Origin: Tubulanus polymorphus
Lineage: Eukaryota; Animalia; Nemertea
Direction: 5' to 3'
Assembly: GCF_964204645.1 (NCBI RefSeq)
Contig: NC_134029.1
Location: 14,998,950 to 15,062,949, forward strand
Length of the DNA stretch: 64,000 nt
Made by a program: the position numbers and the translations under genes. The notes beneath the pieces were generated by a model. It made no database searches, was not told where the DNA came from, and saw only the letters and a list, made by a program, of their open reading frames with translations. Every line of letters starts with the position of its first letter. The first letter of the stretch is position 1. Shown here in pieces: positions 12,071-24,055 of the stretch.

Positions 12071-14468
12071 TTTTTAGGCCAGCCGTAGGCTGAGCCTATT
12101 ACTATACAAATGGAGCGAATTTAAATGACATGGTTTCCACACAAAAGGCTCTTTTGCTTGCCAAGTGAGGGCATATTCGAACAAATCACGTATTTAAGCG
12201 TAATCCATTCTCGGAACCGTAGCGAGCAGAATTTTGAAATAGGGTCTCATAAAAATGTTTTCTGCATTTTTCACGAAAGTTAAATCGGGAAAATTTCAAT
12301 TTTTATCAGCCAATCAGATAGTTGTGTCTTCCCTGTGATTGGTTTGTCTGAAAATATCAGCAGCTGTTCACGTGAATTATCGCGATTTCATTACTGGCGC
12401 TTTTGCGCATGACTTTATGTATCAACACGCGACAATACTTCCGCGTTCGCTACGTGTTCGCTGATTGGCCCATTTACTGGGAAATTCCACAGAAGCCTAA
12501 TGTGGTTTGTTACAAGCGCTGTGATTGGCCCGACCCGATTCTGGCATGGCTTTAGCTTAGTGGGTTCGAGTCCCTTGACGGGTGAAGATGATGGATCCTA
12601 TCAATATCTATTGAAACTAATAAGTTTCCCGGTTGGGCAGCCGCGGATATCTACCGGAAGTATTCCGGTTCGATATTTCGAGGTTTCTTTGAATTTTGGA
12701 GTGATATTGAAATCCGGTAAATACCAGCGGTAGATTGTGAAAACCCATTGCATGATATTTTTATTACTTAATCAACGAAAAGCGTCGGGGGCCGCGCCAG
12801 GAGTTTTCGTGATTCAAGTAGCGCAATAGCCTACTTCTTCGTGTTCGTCCACCTCAATTTTCACTCCGCCGATCTCTGACACGGCTCTGTCCCCGTTGGC
12901 GCTGTGATTGCACTTTCGTACCACCAAAATTTTTTATTTCTATATCAGGGAGGTCTGGAGAATAAAAAAGTCAAAATTTGGATATCACATAGGCCTGATT
13001 TCATCGAATAAGTCGACCATGGTCGTTACGTTTCCGTACTTATTACCACCTAAAACCGTCTGAACAATTTTGTCACAACCAACATTTCGTTTACAGAAAT
13101 CAGGTGTTCACGTGAACCCGTGGTATCGTCTACTGTTTTACTTCCGGGTTTTATTTTAAGATTTAAAATTGTATTTCAAGATCGATTTCTATGAAATCTT
13201 TAGTTGATTTGGTGTTTGGGAGGAATTTTTATTTGCTCTACAGAAAATTCATCCTTGACAATTGCGCAAGGTTCGCGAAAAAAAAGGTTTTACCAAATCG
13301 GGTGTATAACCTTGATATGCTAATTAGCCATGTGCCCGAATTGCAAATTCAATCAAATTTTATTCTGCCAAAAAAATGTTAAATACAATTCGCTTTCCGA
13401 GTTTTAATGGTATGCTGCATGGAACAAAGTTGTTTTGAGATGGGTCTTGAAGCTATTTAGGTCGAGAGATAACCATCTAGATAGTTCGTGAGAGTTCCAA
13501 AGTTTTGAAGACGCTTCAAGGTAATGTCTTGATATTTGGTTTATACGTGTATCTACCCTAGACACATCTTCAGGCCAAAAACTGGCCCTGTCAGATTCAA
13601 GATGGCCGACTGGCAGCCATTGTTGTTCGCCAAAATCAGCACTTTTTACACATTTTTGAAGTTTTTGAGGGAAATTTTGAAGACACTTTTATCAATAACC
13701 TTGATCATTCGTATATATTTGTATACCCTAAGGGCCCATCGGCATGAAAAAAATTGGGTCGATCGGACTCAAGATGGCCGTACTGTAACCTTTTTTGTTC
13801 CCAAAAATGTCAATTTTGGCCTGAATTCTGAGTACTGTAGCTTTCTAATGGTGTGCCATGTTTCATTGCAATTTGTAATGGGTATTCTTTGGAAAGGGAT
13901 CTTTTATATCCGAGAGGGTATTTTTGACCAGGCAATTATGACGCACTTGGCTGCCATCTTGGGGTCATCAGTACTCATTCGTAGGTGGAAAAAAGTTTTT
14001 CCACATCATAATTGATACTTAAGCATATTTTGCTACTATAATCAATTGGAAAGTTGTAGCTCATGACATGTTCTATGATCGAGATGAGTTTCAAGCTCAT
14101 TGGTTTTTGTTTATCGCCACCAGGGGGCGTTGAACAATACAATAACTTAGTATTTCTATATTACATTCGTACCTATGCATATTTTGCTAACTCAATCAAT
14201 TGGAAAGTTGTAGCTCATGACATGGTCTATGATCTTGGTGAGTTTCAAGCTCATTGGTTTTTGTATATGGCCACCAGGGGCGTTGAACAATACAATAACT
14301 TAGTATTTCTATATTACATTCGTTCCTGCTGTCTGTGTTAACACACGATTTTACTATGTAAATGATATTGAGCAGGGAGTGTATATTGATAAATATAACC
14401 CACAGATTACATCATTTATAAAAAGCAAATCTGACAGGCTGGCCATTGTGCCCCTTGGGGCTCTTGTT
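12071..14468 (+). mobile_element. HINE family B inserted in a satellite T-tract, containing a family A-related body
   Basis: 5' TTTTTAGGCCAGCCGTAGGCTGAGCCT; 3' AGGCTGGCC + GCCCCTTGGGGC hairpin + TCTTGTT; 13500-14320 is homologous to ~284-960. Confidence 0.7.
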
Positions 14469-14610
14469 TGGTTTTTTCGCCCGCGACAATTCAATATTTT
14501 GGTTTTACCGCAAGCGACAATTGATTATTTTGGTTTTATCGCCCACGACAATTGATTATTTTGGTTTAAACGCCCGCTTCGACAATTCATTCTTTTGGTT
14601 TTGTCGCCCA
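14469..14610 (+). repeat. Short 31-bp satellite array (continues 12030-12070)
   Basis: 4-5 monomers. Confidence 0.9.
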
Positions 14611-14619
14611 CTTTATTAG

Positions 14620-15872
14620 CTATATATCGCGATATATCGTGTCAAGTCGACATGAATATGTCGACATATCGTGACGTTTTCACGACAAATTTCGCTTTTT
14701 TACGGAAGCGATAAAGGGCCTCGAGATGTCGCGTTCCAACTCGACAAGTCGCCATTTTTATGTCGACATACCGCGATATATCGCGTCAAGTCGACATGAA
14801 TATGTCGATATATCGTGACGTTTTGACGACAACTCGAGGCCCTTTATCGCTTCCGTACTTTTTCGCCCATTTTCCACGGGACAAGCCGTCATTTGAAGAC
14901 ACGTTGAAATGTAAGATGAGGACGCCAGTAATATGGCGACTGTACGGAAGCGATGAAGGGCCTCGAGTTGTCGTGTTCAAACTCGACAAGTCGCCATATT
15001 TATGTCGATATATCGCGATATATCGCGTCAAGTCGACATGAATATGTCGACATATCGTGACGTTTTCTCGACAAATTTCGCTTTTTTGCCCATTTTCCAC
15101 AGGACAAGCCGTCATTTGAAGACATGTCTAAATGTAAGATGAGGACGCCAGTGATATGACGACTGAGTTTCAAGTCGTCATGAATATGTCGACTTGTCGC
15201 GAGGAAAATGGTCGTGAGAACGAAATATGTCGTCAAAACGTCACGATATGTCGACATATTGATGTCGACTTGACGCGATATATCGCGGTATGTCGACATA
15301 AATATGGCGACTTGTCGAGTTGGAACGCGACATCTCGAGGCCCTTTATCGCTTCCGTACGACTGAGTTTCAAGTCGTCATGAATATGTCGAATTGTTGCG
15401 AGGAAAATGGTTGAGAAAACGAAATATGTCGTCAAAACGTCACAATATGTCGACATATTCATGTCGACTTATCTAAGTGATATATCGCGATATGTCTACA
15501 TAAATATGGCGACTTGGTCGAGTTGGAACGCGACAACTCGAGGCCCCTTATCGCTTCCGTACTTCCGTATATATGGGACCCGTACAAAACCGTCGCGACC
15601 TTTTATCACGACGAAATTATGTCGAACAAATGAGATACATCGCGATTTATCGACATAATTAAGTCGATATATCGTGTTAATATCACGATAAATCGTTATA
15701 CGGATCACGCCTTTCACCAATCTCGACGTCTGTATCTCAACATAACCGCGTACCGTCGACATAATTATCACCCCTTTAGCTAAAATGTCGTGATACGTAT
15801 GGCAATTTATTGAGACAATATCGCAAAAAGTCGACATAAAAATCACGACATTTTAAATAAGGTCTTCCTAGT
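14620..15872. repeat. Fold-back repeat rich in GTCGAC / ATATCGCGATAT palindromes (MITE/foldback-like)
   Basis: Blocks at 14625-15080 recur inverted at 15220-15560, e.g. gtcaagtcgacatgaatatgtcgacatatcgtgacgtttt vs aaaacgtcacgatatgtcgacatattgatgtcgacttgac. Confidence 0.7.
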
Positions 15873-16504
15873 AACATCGATATATTGAGATAGTTAACCT
15901 AATTTCAATAAGGGGACGCATACTTAATGATGTTTAATGTTAGATGAATATGAAAGAAGAAATGAAGTTGGCAGAAAAATTAAAATGACTTTATCATCAC
16001 CAGAATCTGGTGGACATATTGAATGTTGGGGTTCAGGTAGAATACCCCAAATGCTGGGGCACAATAATAGTGTTCGGTACATGGTCAATGAACTAAATAG
16101 GTCATTCGCATCAATACTTTGTCACAATTGATTTGCGGTATATTTTGGATTACTGTGTATGTCATTTGTCAGGACATGAAACAGTAGACGACTTAGGATA
16201 CTACCTAGCGTGACTCCACTACTTAGAACTTATTCCAAGATGAGGCGTTCCGTTGATTTTGGCTATTTTGGTTTTCGTTCAGAGATAACTGCTGAGCCAT
16301 TTGGGCGACCTATCATTGATACTGTTTCCTAATAGCCTGTTTAGTTAGTAATGGCTGATGTTGTGCCTTATCAAATGCTTTGTCGAAATCCACCGATGAA
16401 CAGGATTCTAAGACAGCAGAAAACCCGTTATCGCTGCTTTGCAGCTATATTTATTAGGGTTTTCTGTTACATCACAGAAAACCCTATTGAGATTCGCGTG
16501 TTTC

Positions 16505-16540
<36 letters not shown>

Positions 16541-17939
16541 GGGTTTTCTGTTATTTCACAGAAAACCCTATTGATATCCGCGTGATTATTATTATTATTA
16601 TTTTCTTCCACACTATTTTTACCAAAAGAACATAGGCTTTGTTACCTTACCGCTGTTTCATATACAATCCATATAATATCGTTCAGCTCACTGTGATCTA
16701 CAAATAGCCCGCGTGTTTTTTCACGAATCGTCGTTACAAAAGCGCTGTCGGGCTGTAAACATCGAAAATTTAGCCCCATTCAATGGGGCGACATTTTTTT
16801 CGAGTCGTCATCCCGAAATCAACCCGCAGGCCGACTGTCACTTCGATTATCAATTCAAGTATAAATGAACTAATTTATTGCCGCAGACTTCACATTCAGT
16901 CGCGGTCTTCAAACAGTGATTTTAACAATAGCCCATTTTCCTCATCAAATCATATTACCGATACACTGGAAATTTACTACTTTAGATTTTAAAAGCGCTG
17001 TCGAGCCGTAAACATCGACGAATCGACGTGTGTTACTACATCGACGTTCCGGGAATGAGCTGCGAGTTTCTCCTCATCATGAGAATCAAATCGAGGACAA
17101 ATTAATTTATTACTACCAGTGATTTGGCTGCGGGTTTCAAGGAGTTCGTTTAACAATACCAATTTTTCTTTACCGAATTAACCGTGTATTTACTAAGATA
17201 AATCTTTAGTGTACCGGGGAATCGTAGGCCTAAACTAAACAGGCCGAAGAGATATGGCGGAGAAAAGCTGTTATGTCGATGAGGTATCAAAATAAAAGAA
17301 TATATTACTTTATTCGGCCGCGGGCTTCAACCATTTATCAATACTCTATAGGCCTATTTCCTACAGTACATACCGATCATTGTCAAATCCACAAGGTATT
17401 TACTAAATACAAGTATATAACACAATCCTTTCCGTATGCTGGACTCACACTTGACATTCGGAGTAAGCGTTCGCTGTAGGGGAAAGGGATCGTTCGCTGT
17501 GTCGCTTGAAGTGTTTATCGAGTTTGACGCGGCTTTAGGCCTACCGGTACTGAGCTTTACTCAAACAAACAAACAAACAAACAAACAAACAAACACAGTA
17601 TAATTGTTGCGTTTATTAACGGACTCATTGGATTGAACTTCAAAACAAAATTTACGATATTTAGGTGGGTTGTTATTCAATAGGCCTACGACCAATCTGT
17701 CCGGATGTTAGGCCTACGCATATACATAGGCCTACATAGGCTAGTAGCCTCTACTAGGTTAAGCGTTGGCTGTGGGGGAAAGGAGATCGTTCGCTGTGTC
17801 GCTTGAAGTGTTTATCGAGTTTTACGCGACCTTAAGGCTTTAGTATGGTGGCTGATAAGATAAAAAAAAACACGAATATGCAAATGAGGGCGACATTACG
17901 ACAAAACGACAAAACTAAAATAACGCGAGAAAACAATGA

Positions 17940-20190
17940 TTTTGATTTTGTCGCCCGCGACAATTCATTATTTTGGTTTTGTCACACGCGACAATTCAAT
18001 ATTTTGGTTTTATCGCCCGCGCAAATTCATTATTTTGGTTTTGTCGCCCGCGAAAATTCGATATTTTGGTTTTATCGGCACGACAATTCAATACTTTGGT
18101 TTTATCGCCAGCGACAATTCATTATTTTGGTTTTGTCGCCTGCGACAATTCTTTTTTTTGGTTTTGTCGCCCGCGACAATTCATTATTTTGGTTTTATAT
18201 TTTGTTTTTGTCGCCTGCGACAATTCTTTTTTTTGGTTTTATCGCCCGCGACAATTCAATATTTTGGTTTTATCGCCCGCGACAATTCACCATTTTGGTT
18301 TTGTCGCCCGCGACAATTCACCATTTTGGTTTTGTCGCCCGCAACAATTCATTATTTTGGTTTTGTCACCCGCGACAATTCATTATTTTGGTTTTATCGC
18401 CCGCGACAATTCATTATTTTGGTTTTATCGCCCGCGACAATTCTTCTTTTTGGTTTTGTCGCCCGCGACAATTCATTATTTTGGTTTTATATTTTGTTTT
18501 AGTCGCCCGCGACAATTTTTTTTTGGTTTTGTCGCCTGCGACAATTCAATATTTTGGTTTTGTTGCCCGCGACAATTCATTATTTTAATTTAATTGCCCG
18601 CAACAATTCAATATTTTGGTTTTATCGCCCGCGATAATTCATTATTTTGGTTTTATCGCCGGCGACAATTCATTATTTTGGTTTTGTCACCCGAGACAAT
18701 TCATCATTTTGGTTTTATCGCCCGCGACAATTCATTATTTTGGTTTTGTCGCCCGCGACAATTCACCATTTTGGTTTTGTCGCCTGGACAATTCACCATT
18801 TTGGTTCTATCGCCCGCGACAATTCATTATTTTGGTTTTGTCGCCCCCACAATTCTTTTTTTGGTTTTGTCGCCCGCGGCAATTCATTAGTTTGGTTTTG
18901 TCGCCCGCGAAAATTCAATATTTTGGTTTTATCGCCCGTGACAAATCACTACTTTGGTTTTATCGCCAGCGACAATTCATTATTTTGGTTTTGTCGCCCG
19001 CGACAATTCACCATTTTGGTTTTGTCGCCTGGACAATTCACCATTTTGGTTTTGTCGCCCGCGACAATTCGTTACTTTGGTTTTGTCGCCCCCACAATTC
19101 TTTTTTTGGTTTTGTCGCCCGCGACAATTCACCATTTTGGTTTTGTCGCCTGGACAATTCACCATTTTGGTTCTATCGCCCGCGACAATTCATTATTTTG
19201 GTTTTGTCGCCCCCACAATTCTTTTTTTGGTTTTGTCGCCCGCGGCAATTCATTAGTTTGGTTTTGTCGCCCGCGAAAATTCAATATTTTGGTTTTATCG
19301 CCCGTGACAAATCACTACTTTGGTTTTATCGCCAGCGACAATTCATTATTTTGGTTTTGTCGCCCGCGACAATTCACCATTTTGGTTTTGTCGCCTGGAC
19401 AATTCACCATTTTGGTTTTGTCGCCCGCGACAATTCATTAGTTTGGTTTTGTCGCCCGCGACAATTCAATATTTTGGTTTTGTCGCGCGTGAAAATTCAA
19501 TATTTTGGTTTTATCGCCCGCGACAAATCACTACTTTGGTTTTATCGCCAGCGACAATTCATTATTTTGGTTTTGTCGACCGCGACAATTCTTCTTTTTG
19601 GTTTTGTCGCCCGCGACAATTCATTATTTTGGTTTTGTCGTCTGCGACAATTCACCATTTTGGTTTTGTCACCCGCGACAATTCATTATTTTGGTTTTAT
19701 CGCTCGCGACAATTCATTATTTTGGTTTTATCGCCCGCGACAATTCATTATTTTGGTTTTGTCGCCCGACAATTCTTTTTTTGGTTTTGTCGCCCGCGAC
19801 AATTCATTAGTCTGGTTTTGTCGCCCGCGACAATTCACCATTTTGGTTTTGTCACCCGCGACAATTCATTATTTTGGTTTTATCGCTCGCGACAATTCAT
19901 TATTTTGGTTTTATCGCCCGCGACAATTCATTATTTTGGTTTTGTCGCCCCGACAATTCTTTTTTTGGTTTTGTCGCCCGCGACAATTCATTAGTCTGGT
20001 TTTGTCACCCGCGACAATTCAATATTTTGGTTTTGTCGCCCGCGACAATTCAATATTTTGGTTTTGTCGCCTGCGACAATTCATTACTTTGGTTTTATCT
20101 CCAGCGACAATTCATTATTTTGGTTTTGTCACCCACGACAATTCTTCTTTTTGGTTTTGTCGCCCGCGACAATTCATTATTTTGGTTTTA
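17940..20190 (+). repeat. 31-bp satellite array with higher-order repeats
   Basis: About 70 monomers; a 366-bp block is duplicated (18954 vs 19320). Confidence 0.95.
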
Positions 20191-20194
20191 TATT

Positions 20195-20421
20195 TAGTAG
20201 AATAACTTAGTATATCCATATTAAATTGGTAACGAGGCATATTTTGTTATCACAATCAATTACAAAACCATAGCTGCTCACATGTTCTATGATTGTTGTG
20301 GGTTTCAAGGTCATTGGTTTTTGTATATGGTCACTAGAGGGCGTTATGTATTGAAATTGTTAGATTGTTGAGCATTTGAAACCACTGCCCAAGTGAGCAT
20401 GGTGTCCCTGGACCCCTAGTT
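20195..20421 (+). mobile_element. HINE family A 3' fragment
   Basis: Matches ~1378-1598, including CCCAAGTGAGCATGGTGTCCCTGGACCCCTAGTT. Confidence 0.75.
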
Positions 20422-20717
20422 TGGTTTTGTCGCCCGCGACAATTCATTATTTTGGTTTTGTCGCACGCAACAATTCAATAGTTTGTTTTTGTCGTCCGCA
20501 ACAAATCATTAGTTTGGTTTTATCGCCCGCAACAATTCAATATTTTGGTTTTAACGCCCGCGACAATTCATTATTGTGGTTTTATCGCCCGCGACAATTC
20601 ATTATTTTGGTTTTATCAGCCGCGACAATTCATTATTTTTGTTTTGTCGCCCGTGACAATTCAATATTTTGGTTTTGTCACCCGCGGCAATTCATAATTT
20701 TGGTTTTGTCGCCCGTG
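20422..20717 (+). repeat. 31-bp satellite array
   Basis: About 9-10 monomers. Confidence 0.95.
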
Positions 20718-22309
20718 GTTTTGTCGGAACATTAAGTTTTTGGTCGAACAGTGTGTTAAGGTTGTTTTGGAAATTTACTCGGTCTGGTATATTTTGGATT
20801 ACTGTGTATGTCATTTGTCAGGACATTAAACAGAAGACGACTTAGGATACTATCTTGCGTGACTCCACTAGTTAGACCGTCTCTCTCCAAGATGAGGCGT
20901 TCCGTTGATTTCGGTTACAAGTTTCCGTTCAGAGATAACTGCTGTGCCATTTGGGCGACCTATCATTGATACTGTTTCCTAATAGCCTGTTCAGTAATGG
21001 CTGATGTTGAGCCTTATCAAATGCTTTGTTGAAATCCACCGTTGAACAGGATTCTAAGACTGTGCAGAAAACCCTTTATCGCTGCTTTGCAGCTATATTT
21101 ATTATTATTATTATTTTTTTCCACACTTTTTTTGTCAAAAGTACATAGGCTTTTTTACATAACCGCTGTTGCCGATACAATCCGTCTGATATCATTCAGC
21201 TCATTTCAATCTACAAATGCTCCGTGCAAATTTTGAAGAATCAACGTTACAAAAGCACTGTCGGGCCGTGAACATCGAAAATTGAGTCCCATTCAAAGAG
21301 CCGACATGTTTTTCTAAGTCGTCTTTCCGAAATCTACCGCACGTTTCTTGTCACGTCGATTATCAATTCAAGCATAAATTAACAAATTTACTACCCAAAG
21401 ATTGCACATTCTGTCGCGGTTTTTAAAAACTAATTTTAACAATAGCCCAATTTCCTCATCAAATCATATTACCGATCCACAGGAAATTTACTACTTTAGA
21501 TTTTAAAAGCACTGTCGAGCCGTAAACATCGACAAATCGACGTGTGTCACAACATCGTCGTTCCGGGGATCAGCTGCGAGTTTCTCCTCATCATGAGAAT
21601 CAAATCGAGTACAAATTAATTTATTACTACCGCCGAAGAGATATAGCGGAGAAAAGCTGTAATGTCGACGAGGTATCAAAATAAAAGAATATATTACTTT
21701 ATTCGGCCGCGGGCTTCAACCTCTATATCAATACCATCAATACTCTATATTTCCTACAGTACATACCGATCATTGTCAAATGCACAAGGAATTTACAAAA
21801 TACAAGTATATAACACAATCCTTTCCGTATGCTGGACTCACACTTGACATTCGGAGTAAGCATTCGCTGTGGGGGAAAGGGATCGTTCGCTGTGTCGCTT
21901 GTGTTATCGAGTTTGACGCGGCTTTAGGCCTACCGGTGTTATGAGCTTTACTGTCTCAAACAAACACAGCATAATTGTTGCGTTTATTAACGGACTCATT
22001 GGATTGAACTTCAAAACAAAATCTACGATATTTAGGTGGGTTGTTATTCAAAAGGCCTACGACCAATCTGTCCGGATGTTAGGCCTACGCATATACATAG
22101 GCCTACATAGGCTAGTAGCGTTAAGCGTTCGCTGTGGGGGAAAGGAGATCGTTCGCTGTGTCGCTTGAAGTGTTTATCGAGTTTTACGCGACCTTAAGGC
22201 TTAAGTATGGTGGCTGATAAGGGCCATGTGTAAAGAAAACACGTATATGCAAATGAGGGCGACATTATGACAAAACGACAAAACTAAAATAACGCGACAA
22301 AACAATAAT

Positions 22310-24055
22310 TTTGGTTTTGTCGCCCGCGACAATTCATTATTTTGGTTTTATCGCCCGCGACAATTCATTATTTTGGTTTTATCGCCTGCGACAAATCAAT
22401 ATTTTGGTTTTGTCGCCCGCGACAATTCAATATTTTGGTTTTATCGCCCGCGACAATTCATTATTTTGGTTTTATCGCCCGCGACAATTTTTTTTTTGTC
22501 GCGGTTTTATCGCCTGGGACACTTTAATATTTTGGTTTTATCGCCCGCGACAATTCATTATTTTGGTTTTATCGCCCGCGACAATTCATTAGTTTGGTTT
22601 TGTCACTCGCGACAATTCAATATTTTGGTTTTGTCCCATGCGACAATTCAATATTTTGGTTTTATCGCCTGCGACTATTCAATATTTTGGTTTAATCGCA
22701 TGCGACAATTCATAATTTTGGTTTTATCGCCCGCTACAATTTTTTTCTTGTCGCGGTTTTATCGCCTGCGACACTTCAATATTTTGGTTTTATCGCCTGA
22801 TACGACAATTCAATATTTTGGTTTTATCGCCAGCGACAATTCATTATTTAGGTTTTATCGCCCGCGACAATTCATTATTTTGGTTTTATCGGCCGCGACA
22901 ATTCATTAGTTTGGTTTTGTCACTCGCGACAATTGAATATTTTGGTTTTGTCCCATGCGACAATTCCATATTTTGGTTTTATCGCCCGCGACAATTCATT
23001 TTTTTGGTTTTGTCGCCCGCAAAATTTCAATAGTTTGGTTTTGTCGCCCTCGACAATTCGATATTTCGGTTTTGTCGGCCTCGACAATTCAATATTTTGG
23101 TTTTATCGCCCTCGACAATTGATTATTTTGGTTTTATTGCCCGTGACAATTCATTATTTTGGTTTTATCGCCCGTGACAATTCAATAATTTGGTTTTGTC
23201 ACCCGCGACAAATCAATATTTTGGTTTTATCGCCAGCGACAATTCATTATTTTGGTTTTATCGCCCGCGACAATTCATTATTTTGGTTTTATCGCCAGCG
23301 ACAATTCATTAGTTTGGTTTTGTCGCCCTCGACAATTCAATATTTTGGTTTTGTCGCCCTCGACAATTCAATATTTTGGTTTTGTCGCCCACGACAATTC
23401 AATATTTTGGTTTTATCGCCCGCGACAATTCATTATTTTGGTTTTATCGCCCGTGACAATTCATTATTTTGGTTTTATCGCCAGCGACAATTCATTATTT
23501 TGGTTTTATCGCCCGCGACAATTCAATATTTTGGTTTTGTCGCTCTCGACAATTCATTATTTTGTTTTTATCGCCCGCGACAATTTTTTTTTTGTCGCGG
23601 TTTTATTACCTGCGACACTTCCATATTTTGGTTTGATCGCCTGATGTGACAATTCAATATTTTGGTTTTATCGCCCGCGACAATTCATTATTTTGGTTTT
23701 ATCGCCCGTGACAATTAATTATTTCGGTTTTATCGCCAGCGACAATTCATTATTTAGGTTTCATCGCCCGCGACAATTCAATATTTTGGTTTTGTCGCTC
23801 TCGACAATTCATTATTTTGGTTTTATCGCCCGCGACAATTTTTTTTTGTCGCGGTTTTATTACCTGCGACACTTCCATATTTTGGTTTGATCGCCTGATG
23901 TGACAATTCAATATTTTGGTTTTATCGCCAGCGACAATTCATTATTTTGGTTTTATCGCCCGCGACAATTCAATATTTTGGTTTTATCGCCAGCGACAAT
24001 TGATTATTTTGGTTTTATCGCCCGCGACAATTCATTTTTTTGGTTTTGTCGCCCA
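22310..24055 (+). repeat. 31-bp satellite array
   Basis: Tandem monomers. Confidence 0.95.

Noticed and set aside
16351-16635. Poly-Ile / poly-Asn ORFs (also 29153-29428, 33610-33887)
   Set aside because: Translations of the (ATT)n microsatellite at HINE heads.
18616-20205. 529-aa ORF and dozens of similar 'VLSPATIHYFGF' ORFs across 1-36 kb
   Set aside because: They are translations of a 31-bp satellite whose + strand is mostly stop-free; the same peptide appears in all three frames.
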